Positions 30,690 through 42,000 of a DNA stretch of 64,000 nt are shown piece after piece. Both the position numbers and the translations under genes were made by a program. The notes under the pieces were generated by a model, which saw only the letters and a program-made list of their open reading frames with translations, searched no databases and had not been told where the DNA came from. Origin of the DNA: Chlorokybus atmophyticus (lineage: Eukaryota > Plantae > Mesostigma and Chlorokybus algae). The stretch lies in assembly GCA_009103225.1 (NCBI GenBank), contig RHPI01002823.1, forward strand, positions 907,797-971,796, in the 5' to 3' direction. Every line of letters begins with the position of its first letter. Position 1 is the stretch's first letter.

Positions 30690-32315
30690 GGTGCCTGTGG
30701 CGTCGTTGGTGCTGAGGTGGGGGTTACGGCTGAGGCCATCCGCATCCTGGTTGGCAAGGCCTGCGCGGTGTTCCACCTCGAAGTCGTACTCCTGGAGCAG
30801 CAGCGCCCATCGTGCTTACTTTCCTGTCAGGTGCTGGTTGTTCATTAACCACTTGAGGGGTTGATGGTCAGTGACCAGTTGGAACTGCCGTCCAAACAGG
30901 ATGGGTCGGAAGAAGGAGATGGCCCACACTGCGGCGAGACACTCCCCTTCGTAGCTGCTGTAGTTGGCCTTAGCACTGTTGTTGCTGCGGCTGGCGTACG
31001 ACACTACGCGCTCCTTCTTGTTGTTGTCGTGCTGTACGAGCACGGCCCCCATACCGAGCTTGCTCCAGTCTATGTGCAGGATGAACGACCTGGTGTAGTC
31101 AGGGCGTTGCAGAATGGGAGCTGTGGTGAGGCGGAGCTTCAGCTCCTGAAAAGCCTCCTGTTGTGCCTCCTTCCACAAGAACTCGGTGTCCTTCTTTAGT
31201 AGTTCGTTGAGAGGCCTTGCGATCTTGGCAAAGTCCTTGACAAACCGGCGGTAATAGTTGGCAAGGCCGAGGAAGGCCCGCAGCCGCGTGAGGTCTGTGG
31301 GAGCAGGGATAGCCACCAGTGCCTCCACTTTGGCCTGCTGTACGTACACACCATGGGGCACAATTATGTGTCCTAGGTAGGGTACCTTGTGGGTGAAGAA
31401 GGTGCACTTGTCAGGGTGCACCGTCATCCCGACTTCCTTCAGCCTCTATAGCACCTCTTCGATGTGCTGGAGATGCTCCTCATTGCTGTAACTGAAGATG
31501 AGGATGTCGTCGATGTAGCAGCGTGCGAAGTCCAACCCCTTGAGGGCTTTGTCCATGACGCGCTGAAACTTGGCCGGAGCGTTCTTCAGTCCGAAGGGCA
31601 TGACCTTCCACTGGTAAAGCTGCCGGTTTCCCCAGAAGGAAGTCTTGTGCTTGTCCTCCTCCTTGATGGCGATCTGGTTGTACCCTTGGCGCATATCCAG
31701 GATACTAAAGACCGTGCAGTCTCCTACATCGTCAAAGATGCCTTCTGCGGTAGGCATTTGATACCTGTCCTGCTTGGTCTAGTTGTTGAGGGGGCGATAG
31801 TCGCCACACATGCGCCGGTCTGTCTAGTTGCCTGCTGAATCTTTCTTCAGGGGCATGACGGTCGCGGCCGCAAAGTCCGATGTGGACTCCTCGATCAGGC
31901 CTGCATCTAGCAGCGCCTTGCACCTCTGTTCCACCAAGTCTTCTTCTAGCTTGGAGAGGCGGTACTGTCTTCTGAACACCGGTTCGGTGTCCACTAGTTC
32001 AATGTCCATCTGGTATGCTGAGCAGATGCCCAGCTCCTTCACACTGAAGCTGAATTGGCTCCTCCACTTGTTGAGGAGAGCCTTGAGTTGCTCTCGAGTT
32101 TGGCCTGTGGCCAGCGGTTCAATGGCGTGGGACCACGAGGTAGCGTTGGCGACCACTGGAATGTCTTCCACAGTGACTGCTGCCTGCTCCTCCATATGGG
32201 CGGTCTTGAGGGCGATGTGTGCTGCTTTGGTCTTTGAAAAGCGAGCAATCCACCCCCCACCCAGGTGTTCGAGCTCCTGGAAGGACACATGGCGGTCCTG
32301 GAGAGCAAAGCACAT
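30690..32315 (-). pseudogene. Reverse transcriptase and RNase H of Gypsy pol, with in-frame stops
   Basis: RMCGDYRPLN, LDMRQGYNQI, MPFGLKNAPAKFQRVM, YIDD (31506-31517), KVPYLGH, LRAFLGLANYYRRFVKDFAKIARPL, YASR...YEGECLA, VTDHQPL and DADGLSR. Stops at 31824, 31779, 31446 and 30816. Confidence 0.95.
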
Positions 32316-32329
32316 TTACAAGTACCACA

Positions 32330-33270
32330 CCATGCTGTTTTGATCCATGGCGCGCACTAACAACTGACACTGTTGACTGGTTGTCAGCGTGGAGCCTGTG
32401 ATGCTGCCTGGAAAGAATCCCATAGCACGCTCGCGCTCACGGGCATTGGGTTCTTCCAGCTGTCCAGTGTTGGAGTCTAACACCATGCCGTCGCCTCCAT
32501 TGCGGAACGCGTAGGAGCCTGGATAGGATACAAGTGTGGGTAGTGCGCGGCGCGGCTGACCAGGCTGGTTGCACTTGTAGAAGTGGTGGCGGTCAAGGCG
32601 TGTGACCGGTTGCGCTGTGCGTCCAGGGTCCAGGATGTCATCGACGACGAGATTTCGTGGCCGATTGCTGTATAGGTATTCTGCAAACAGGTTCTCCACA
32701 ATGGCCAGGTTGGTCCACTTGGCGCGGACGCGATGTGCGCGAGATCCATGACGCGCGGCGTTGCTTTTGAGAGGATGCCCTAGCAAAGAGCATACTTGTT
32801 GATAGGCCTTGGCGACGTGATGCCGCTTGTCATCCTCGGAGTGCACATTCTTGATGATGTACCCCAAGGGCCTAGCAATCTGACTGGTCTGCAGGAGTTT
32901 GATGACTCTCATTAGCTCCCAGATTAGCTGTGAGCGAGGATCAGAGAGCCCGTGGCCTCTGCCTGCCCTGGAGTGCCCTTGACACTCCCATCCTGCTATC
33001 AGCAGGTCAATGTTGCCGACTGCCTGCAGGTGATCCTTGGTAATCCAGCGGATGTCCTGCGGCAGAGCCTTCTGGCTCCCTTGCAGTGCCGACAGCGGTA
33101 GCTGCTGCGGGTAGCGCTGGTGCAGCTGTCGTAAATGATGGCTCAGAGCCTCCTGTGCATGAGGGTCAGGGTCACAGTAGAGGTACTTGGTGACTGTTGT
33201 TCCTGTGTTAAGAACAGCCGCAAGCCCACTGCCTATGCCTCCAAACAGCTCCAGCACGGTGATGCCTTGT
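32330..33270 (-). pseudogene. C5 cytosine DNA methyltransferase domain (DNMT3/DRM-like) in frame within pol
   Basis: Motif I VLELFGGIG (33231-33245 FGGIG), motif IV DLLIAGWECQGHS (Cys 32982-32984), motif VI YIIKNV (ENV-derived), motif VIII AHRVRAKWTN, motif IX ERERAMGF and motif X QLLVRAMD, all in canonical order. Confidence 0.9.
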
Positions 33271-33699
33271 TGTCGGCGGAACATGTGGAACTCCACAACT
33301 CCAGTAGCTATGTGGTACTGCTCCTGCACTGTAGCCTGGTCTTTGTAGACAAGGAAGTGTGCAGTGAGCTGAGGCCTGGTCAGTAGCATGTGTGCTGCTA
33401 CTTGTGCGCTCCAGCGACGCTCGGATGGCTCCTGAAAGGCCACTTCTTTGGTGTCAGTCTCCTGAGACTCATCGTACGGTGTAGGAGAGTCTTCTTCAGC
33501 GTTTAGGCTCGAGCTTGAGCTCGTTGCAGTTGTTCTCGGCTGCGTTCGGGCACAAGGCACACGTGAGCTTTTTGTAGGACTGTAGGTGGCTGCTGCGGCC
33601 GACCTTCGTTGCGAGCGGGCCTTGTCCACCAGTTTGAGAGGTAGGAATCCCTGCTCCTCTCCATCATCCTCATCCCAATGCGGTCGAAACCATGCCTGC

Positions 33700-34060
33700 T
33701 CAGTCCAGCAGTCCATCCCCATGCCGACAGGGAAGTTGCAGTCCTGTCCCAGCAGTAGGTCAAAGGACCCGGCATCGGTGACCACACACCTTTGTACAAT
33801 CTCGGTGCTGTGGGAAGGGTTTAGTCCGGTGAGGCGGATGCTCACAACCTGCTTGGTAAGGCCGAGCACCTTGTCGCAGTTGCCGGTTGCGGTGTCCAGC
33901 TGGTAGGGACAGGGCAGCAGCTCAGCGCTGGTGATGCCGAGATCTCGTGCGAGGTAGCGCCCAATAATGACAGGCTGTGCTCCAGTGTCCAGCATCACGC
34001 GTTTGGGTGCCCGCCCATTGACGGTCACGTGCTTGCCTTGGTTGGCGATCATGGCTGCAT
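33700..34060 (-). pseudogene. Retroviral-type aspartic protease domain
   Basis: RVMLDTGAQPVIIG (DTG at 33981-33989) and downstream FDLLLGQD. Confidence 0.88.
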
Positions 34061-34505
34061 TGGCGTTGATGCGCAGCCTCTTGAAGCGACGGAACCTCTT
34101 GCGTGGAGAGACTGTTGCTTCACTCTCATCTGCGGGGCCTGACCGTAGGGCAGCCAGGGCTCCTCTGCCTGATGGATCTTGTGGACCTCCTTGTCCTCGG
34201 TTTTGTCGAAACCGTCCTTGTCGCGGTTGCTGGTACACGCGTGGTGGCCTAGGCACTGGAGGTGCTGCTGCAACCTGTCCAAGTGGAGGTGCAGGAGGGT
34301 TGACCCTCTGTGCAGCTGTTGTCATGCCAGGAGGAGTGGCCAGTGGCTGTGGCGGGAACCCTGGAGGACCTGGTGTTTGCGGGACTGCCTCTCGTGCAGC
34401 CTGCTCCTCTGCATAGGTCCATCGCACAGCATGGGCTGCCTCTCTGACTAGTGTACCTTCCCATGTAGCCGTCGCATTGTTGTTCACGTCTATATAGCGA
34501 TGGTT

Positions 34506-37500
34506 CTAAGGCATGGGCTGCAGGTACACTGCGCGTAGAAGCCGCGCTCTCGTGTCGTGGGTGATGGTGGGCACCCTGAGGATCCCTGCCATGTAAGCAT
34601 CCCATCTGCCGTTGATCACTCCCACTTCCAGCACTGTTATTGCTCGTGCGCGTACAGTGAGGCGGGTCTCTGGCTGTTGGACATGCTGCTCGTAAGCAGC
34701 GGCGATGCGCCTGCGCTGACGTCCTGCCTCCACTCCTGGCAAACTCAGTATAGCCTCCAGAGCTCCCTCCAGAGTGTCAGTGGCGGCGGAAGCCACTTCA
34801 TCATAGGCTTGCCGTATGGAGCGAAGGAATGCGTCCACCCACGCTATTCTGGCGCCGAAAGCGAACAACGGGACTGCGGGATGGTTGGTGACCAGCCACG
34901 TCACTAACCGTGCGCGTGCCGCGTTGCCATTGTCTCGCATCCCAAGCATCTGCCGAAGTCCAATGCCTTCTTGCCGATGCAGCATGGTTGCTTGTCGCAA
35001 CAGAGCAGTGCGTAGTTGTTGCTCTCCAACCAGTCCTGCTCCATCTCTTTGTGTACACCCTTGTGGTGTAAGGTAGCCCCTCCCTGGCTCCCTTTGGTCC
35101 TCAGGTAGATCCTCCACCAGCGCAGGCAGCAACGGGGCGATCACCCCCCTGGTTTGTTGAGCCAACGCCCTCGCTTGGTCAGAGTTGGTCTCGACGAAGA
35201 GCGGAGTGGTGCTGGAGGATGGACCAGCAGCTGGTGACTGCGGTACTGGTGCACGCGTAGCTTCAAGAGCTTGTTCACGTGCAGCAATGGCGGCAGCTTG
35301 ATCCTGTCGCCAATGATATGCTTGTTCCAGTGCGTGGTAGCGCTGATGAAGGCGAGCGGTTGTAGGAAGTCCGAGTGCTTCATCAGTGCCCAAAGGCAGG
35401 TCGGCTGCGTCGGCGATGCGCTGCTGGACGGTGTCTCGGCGGTCCCGATACGTGTCCAGCGGGCTGGGTTCAAAGGTGGTGGTTGGCATGCGTGCAGACC
35501 GGTGCGGGGCGGTCTGCATGTTGTTGTGCAGCGCCCAGAACAGCTGCAGGGCCAACTCCAACACTACCGGTGGGCTGTAGCTGATCAAAAACACCCTGTC
35601 ACGCTTCGGAGGTGCAGTGCCAGCAAGGATCTCATCTTCCAATTGGTGTTGAGTAAGTGCTGGAAGGGTGTGAACCTCTGGTAGCGGGAAGACGCGATCA
35701 TCGCGGGCGACATGCGTGGTGCGCTCCCCCCCCGACCGAAGGCGATGGTAGTGGGGTCTGCTCCGCGCAGGATGGTTTCCCATGCTCGCTCAGCTTGCTG
35801 ACCAGTTGGGACAGCCTGAGTGACGTCGAGAGCGGGCAGAGTGGCTGCGCGCGTCGCTGCAGAGACAGCGGGCTCGACGATGGCCATTGTGGCAGTTGCG
35901 ACGGTATCGGTCGGTGGTGCGAGAGTTGTCTCAACGCCTACGGACAGAGGCACTGCTGCAGTGGGAAGTGCACCGCCCACTGGTGCAGATTCGGTAGAGA
36001 TGGCGGCTGTTGCCATTGTGCTCACCAGTGTCGGCGTCCCGGTGTCCATCGGTGTACCAGGTTGTGGTGCAACTGGAGTGGGTGCTGCTGACGTTGGTGG
36101 AGTCGACGTTGTAGCCGGTGTGGCTGTTGCTGCGGAGGCAGCACCACTGGTGGCTTCGGAGGAGGTGCCTGCTGATGTTGTTGCAGCTTCCCCTCGTGCT
36201 CCTCGTGATGGTTGCACGCGGGACGGAGTGTTCCTGTCTCTCTCGCGTTTTGCAGCCATCAGCGCCCATCGGGCAGCGTAGCAGGCGCGGTAGTCCTGCT
36301 CCTTGTCTTCCTCCATGCATGCCATACGCGCCATGAGGGCTGCCATATGGTCATCAGCTGGTGGGTTGGCTGAAGCCTTGGTGGCAACAGCAGCAGCGCG
36401 CGGACGTGTCTCTGGTCCCTTACGCTGAGGAGGTCTGTTCTTCCCCCTGTAGCCTTGCTCTTCCTTGCGAACACTGGCGTCGTTGTTGTTGTTACTGCCA
36501 TCAGCGTTGTTGCTGTTGTGGGCTCCAGTGTTGTCGCTATTGTAGCCACTGAAGTGGTTGCCAGTGTGGCCTCCAGTGTTGTTGCTGTTGTAGCCACTGA
36601 AGTTGTTGCCAGTGTGGCCTCCAGTGTTGTTGCTGTTGTAGCCACTGAAGTTGTGGTTGTAGCTGTTGCCAGTGTGGCCTCCAGTGTTGTTGCTGTTGTA
36701 GCCACTGAAGTTGTTGCCAGTGTGGCCTCCAGTGTTGTTGCTGTTGTAGCCACCGGAGTAGTTGTGGTTGTAGCTGTGGGCGGGCCTCAACTCTGGGAAC
36801 TTGAGCCAGCAGACTGACTCCAAATGACCAGTCCTATGACAGTGGTCGCAAACCAAAGTTGAGTATTCTTCGGTGCACTCCTTTTCGTAGTGCCCATGCC
36901 GTCCACAGCGATGACACAGCACAGGGGCAGCAAGTGCAGCATGAGCTGACCGTTTCCCTTTGTCGCGTGCTGGTGGAGCGTCCCGCCCACGGTCGCGGCG
37001 AGGAGGCTCAGTTGTCGTGCTAACTATAGGCCGTGCGGCGCTGCGGTTGGTGTCCAGCACTGCCTTCTCATACACCAAGCGCTTGTGGATGGCTTGTGCA
37101 GTCTCGAAGGCTTCTTTGAGGGTGTAACCAAGGGGCCTGCTGTAGTTCAGAGTCAGGCGTGTCGACTCGCTCAGAGCAGCATCCAACTCATTGACGTATA
37201 TCACTGCAGCAGCCTCCTCACTGACAATCTTGTAGTCAGTGTCCTTCAGCAGACCTTCCAGTCTGGAGTACAAGCGGAGGGGATCCTCATTGGGCTTGCG
37301 TCGGAAGCGTCTCAGCTCCTCAACCTTGCTGGTGGTCTGAGGAGGGAAGGTACGGCGCAGGGCAGCGTACAGGTCCTTGAGTGGAGAATCACAGATGGCA
37401 GCACCTACGGTGATGGCTGGTGCGCGCAGTGCTGCTGACCCGAGGGTGAAAGCACTGCCTCCTGCACGAGAGCCAGGTGTTGCTAGAGGTAGAGGAGTAC

Positions 37501-38192
37501 CCAACTCTGCGGCTGCCGCTTGTTGTGCAGCTCTTTGTTCCTCAATGATGATGGCAGAACGGTCAAGGATGCGGACTCGACGTGTGGCCTCCTTGGACTC
37601 AACTTCTGCAGGGGTCAAGTTGACAAGTACCAACTCTGGTTCCTCCTCCTCTGCCTGCTTGAGAGCTGCAGCTATGGACAAGCCTGTTACTGCAACTGAA
37701 GTGGCAGGTGGAACGACACCTGCTGGACGGTGCAGAGATGCAGATGCTATGGTGCTGGCAAGCTCGTCATAGCCGTCTACTCGACGCAGTTCAGCAACGG
37801 ACATCGTGTGCTTCATGATCAAGATAATGAGCAGCAATGTGGAAAGAGATCTCATCTGACCAGTCTTTGTTCTTCAGAGCTTGCTGCCGCATCTTGGAGT
37901 GGAACTTGATGATGAACTCATCCAGCGAGGTGGTGCCGGCACGTCCGGAGAAGCGCAGGGATGTGGTTGAACTGGAAGACTCCATCTCGTTGTCGTCGCT
38001 GTCCGATGATAGTGGAGAAGCTTGATGACGAGGAGTAGAGTGGAGCGGGGTGAAGCTGGAGATGGAGCGCGAGCCTCTGCTGCTGCGGTCGATGCTCCCG
38101 TCACTGGTCCGCTCGTAGGTGAGGTTGGTGGTTGGGCTCCAACTGCTGAGGTCACCCTCGTCTATTGGGGAGAACGGGGTGGGCCTGCTCAT
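34506..38192 (-). pseudogene. gag and long gag-pol linker, frameshifted near 37800 and ~35725
   Basis: LRRFRRKPNEDPLRLYSRL (gag-like) and two zinc knuckles, CHRCGRHGHYEKEC and CDHCHRTGHLESVC. The 34506-35783 ORF is in frame with pol across a single TAG. Confidence 0.8.
36520..36775 (-). repeat. 48-bp coding tandem repeat in gag (about 5 copies, GYNSNNTGGHTGNNFS)
   Basis: Repeat unit tgtagccactgaagttgttgccagtgtggcctccagtgttgttgctgt seen directly. Confidence 0.9.
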
Positions 38193-38389
38193 ACAGCTGG
38201 TCCAGAGGTGAAAGGGTAGAGTGCTTATGCTCTACCGTCTATCCTGATGTTGTTACCACCCAAACCACTAGTGCTTGTGCGCACTATGTGATGACAATGA
38301 TAACGAATGCCCAGCACTCCATCCCTGGGTGCAGACTGCACTATCTGATGCAGATTGCAACACACTCACTTGTGCAAAGAGGGTGACAC

Positions 38390-39056
38390 TGTAAGTCAAC
38401 AAGCCACTACGATAGGTAGTGCTGTGGACACGGTTCTTTGCATAAGTGGATAGAATGATACACTGTTAAGTGAGGTGAATGAGTGTGCAACACGTGGATA
38501 CAACACCCTGACTACTGAAACAACACACCACCGTCAAGCTCACAGCAATGACAGGCACAGCGCACAAGATCATGCACCGTGTCTCACGCAGTAAGGGAAT
38601 TCTTGGCAACCGGGGCAGCGTGCTTCCAGTTCAAGTCGCTTCACAAGCTCTTTAGAAACAGAGTCTTTACTTCTTAGTACTCCTAGTACTCACAGTACTC
38701 ACTTACAGTGTCACCAGCCAGTCTGGTGACGTGATTTCCTACTTATACATGTCAAATCATGACTGTGCAGTGCCACACGGGCACTAGGCCAACGGTCACA
38801 TCGAGGCCTCATGCTATTTCAGAAATCTCCTAAGACTCGATATAGCACATGTGTTATTAACAGACTTACAACTGATCAGCTACGCGCGGTCCCTACAGAC
38901 AGGTCTATAAAGTAGCCCTAGCTACATGCTACATGAGAGGTACAGTAGCTAGCAGTAGGCTGGGGCTCGAGCGGTCTTCATGCTGGTAGCCCGGGCGTGG
39001 GGCTGGGTGTAGGCATGCTCGAGAAGGACTGGCATGCGAGGGTAGATGGCATGACA
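38390..39056 (-). repeat. 5' LTR (667 bp, TGTCA...TTACA) with TATAAG at 38742-38747
   Basis: Matches 28074-28736, has canonical TG..CA ends on the - strand, and lies upstream of gag. Confidence 0.92.
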
Positions 39057-42000
39057 GCTCTCCCGACGCACTCTACTATGCTCTTCTTGCATGTGCTGCT
39101 TTTTTCGCCACTTCTGATTGAACAGTTTCCACTTGTTCGCCGTCCTCCATGAATTTTGAAACATGCACTCGCTGTTACCTCGTAATGGCCAATTTGCACC
39201 AGGTATATGCAAGCATGTTTGATTGTGTCAGAAGGCATTCAACAGGCATGGGAAGCCCCCCGATGACCTCCTATAGTAACGTGCAAGCGCACACACATAC
39301 ACGGCGTGCATGTTTGTGCTTGTGTATGTATACACAGCAGCAGTTGTTTATGGGCAATTCTGTTGCATGTCTGTGTCACATCAACAAAGCATGCACTCTC
39401 CACTTATCTGCAACCACAAGAAGTGCGTTGCTTACCTCCCCGCACGTAGCGCAGCACCACACGAAGTCCAAGTCCTTGAGCAACTTGCGCAAGCAATTGT
39501 GGAACAGCTCAACCGCTGTGTTCTCCACGTCAATATCATGCTTCATCAGCGTCATGTGCCGTTCTAAAGCTGCATCCATGATGCTGCGAGCCTACAATAT
39601 CTTGTCGTGCTTGGCAACAGCCTGCCTGCGCCATACACACACGTGCACATGCACACGCTCTTAGGTGACGTCACAAAGCACACCCGCTTGTCACGACAAA
39701 GCACTCTTAGAACTGGCAGGCAGTTGCGTATGTACTGCTGTTGCATGGCAATTAAAGACACTGTACCAACACCTCAAGGCAAAGCGTGTCTTGACTCATG
39801 CGAGGCAAGGCAAGGCCTGTGCTCTCCTTGCATCATCCTCTTTGCGCTCTGCGTCATCCCATGCTCTAGCATACCGCTGAAATTCCCCCTCGTCATCATC
39901 GATATCATAGCCCCCATTGTTCGGAACCGCGAATCCCTTTGGCTTGCGAACCAACTCACCCACCCCACCCCACACCTCCGCAGTGAAGTACTTTTGCAAA
40001 AGGCTTGACATAGACGTCTAGGTCCGTTGTCGTCTTCATGAAGCCAATATATGTTTGTGTAAGCCCGCGCTCCAGGCGAATTACATTTATGATGTCGATA
40101 CCTTTTTGAGTATAGAACTATCGCAGACACTCACATTACATCTATTGCTACTTGCTAGGAGTTAGACTGATGTAACTGTCTGTGCAATACAACAATACAG
40201 ATGACTAGCCCCGCATGCGATTGCAATCCCTATCACAAAACGGCATGAATACATAATGGCAAGCAGAAACAGGACTTGCGCTATTGGAAAACCTACATTC
40301 AATTTTCCACTAGTACAACCAAACACTGGAGTAGCTTTGGACTATTGTGCATGAGTGCAAACACGCCCCTCCCCTTGAATAGACGTATGCAGTTGCACAC
40401 ACACGCACCACAACAACACTCGCAGACAAGTACCACGCACACCAATGTGGCTTGTTGCTCACTGACATGCCTGATTGAATAAGCGTGCACACTTGCCTTT
40501 AAACAACCACCACAATGCAACTGCCCCGGTAAGCATACACATAAGGCACAAGTCAGCAGCTAACGCCACAAGCAAAGCAAGGGGCTCTCACACGTACACA
40601 CTCACACTCACATGCGCTTGTGCGCGTGCGTTGATACACCTGCATCGGCTTAGATATCCTGTTTGGGCAGCACCTGCGCCCACTGCAGGGCTGCCGTCTC
40701 AGCCCATCCCGCCTCCGCCACATGCTTCGGCAATGCGTGGATCTAACGCAGCACCTCACCTACCCCATCATTGAATGAGCAACACTCACAACGCCGAACA
40801 ACGATAATCATTTCAATTGCTTGACTGACAGTGCTGCTTGGGCAATGTGCTTGTTTATGCCTACATTGGCGTGTATGTGCTTGCGCTTACACACCCACAT
40901 CCTTACTTGTACAATACGCGTGAACTCTGCAATGCCGTGGGTAAAGCAACTATAAATGCTTGCTGCACAAGTTGCTGTGCACAGTCATGACAAAATAAAA
41001 TCTATCGAAAAAGTCATCAAGAACATACAAGAATACGAGTGTTGGTTGCTATAAGAAAACCAAAAAAACAAAACAACTGGTGTTGCTCACCTAGGGGCAA
41101 ATGGGCGCCGATCGCTCTAAGTACCTCAGGCGGCAACATCGGCACGTCGACACGGGTGACTTCGCTAACGACGACGATGCTGATGTCGGTGACGCTGTCC
41201 TCATTACCACCAGTGCCGCTGCCGTTATCCCCCACGCGGCGGCGGTGCCCGTTCCCCAACAGCCGCATCCAGGGCATTAAGCATGTTGGCAACAAGCTTG
41301 AAGCTTGTTACACCTTGAAAGCAAACATTGTTGGCCGGCGTTAAGCCCGTTGAGGCCTCGGGTGGCACGCGTGGGTGTAGCTCTCTCTCTTGAGGACAAT
41401 GCTAAGAGCACTGTGCTCAGAGCATTGTGCTCTGAGCAGCCCATTATCCGATTGCATTTTGCTAGAATAGCGTTGGCCTGTCCACGCACTGTCCAAGCCT
41501 GCCTGACGTTGTATGATGCTGGTGTGTTGTACTTTTATGTTGGTAGGGTCGGGAACTGTTTGCCACGTATGTTTTTGAAATATTGGTGTTTAAGAGTGTT
41601 CAAGTAGACCCAAGTTGGCCCAACACACCACAACCGCCAGTTGGCACTCTCACAACAACATTTACTCAATCGCCCGGGTAACTTTAACCTTCAAACTTCC
41701 AAAACTTGTGAGTGCGATTGCACTTGTGATGATACATATAATAGCCCAAGCAAACTCAAGAAATTGCAGTAAAGCAGCTCAGAGCGGGGCCAGCATCTGC
41801 TTGCATTTGACCGCCAGATGCAAGCAGAGGCGGCGAACATCCGTCTCATAGATTGTGCCACACATGCATAACCATACGAATGCATTTGCGCAACTGATCC
41901 AGCCAGCAAGTAAGCACAAATAACATATGTCACAACTTGGTACGTATACATCGGTGGGCTGATTCAAGGTTTGATGTAATCTGTACTTTAAGTGCATGCA

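Larger units (their letters stand above)
27848..39056 (-). mobile_element. Ty3/Gypsy LTR retrotransposon, ~11.2 kb, decayed, carrying a C5 DNA methyltransferase in pol
   Basis: Termini TGTCATGCC...GGCACGACA (- strand) with 4-bp TSD GCTC (27844-27847 / 39057-39060). Domain order gag(2xCCHC)-PR-DNMT-RT-RNaseH-IN. Terminal repeats about 98% identical. Confidence 0.95.
27470..41277 (-). pseudogene. Orphan F-box-like gene, copy B (27470-27847 + 39061-41277), last exon split by the Gypsy insertion
   Basis: MPWMRLLGNG...DVPMLPPEVLRAIGAHLPLG, AEVWGG...ERKEDDAR, VELFHNCLRKLL...WCCATCGE and terminal CECWLQSAEKCIASMCKDCC at ~27550-27610. The reconstructed empty site (..CGCTC|TCCCGACGCACTCT) aligns with copies A and C. 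Confidence 0.7.

Noticed and set aside
34506-34508. Programmed stop-codon readthrough (MLV-like) between the upstream ORF and pol
   Set aside because: Five other in-frame stops of similar type occur in pol, so decay is the simpler explanation; a family consensus is needed to decide.
36259-36817. Alternative-frame Thr/Ala- and Val-rich ORFs over gag
   Set aside because: Shadow frames of the 48-bp tandem repeat.
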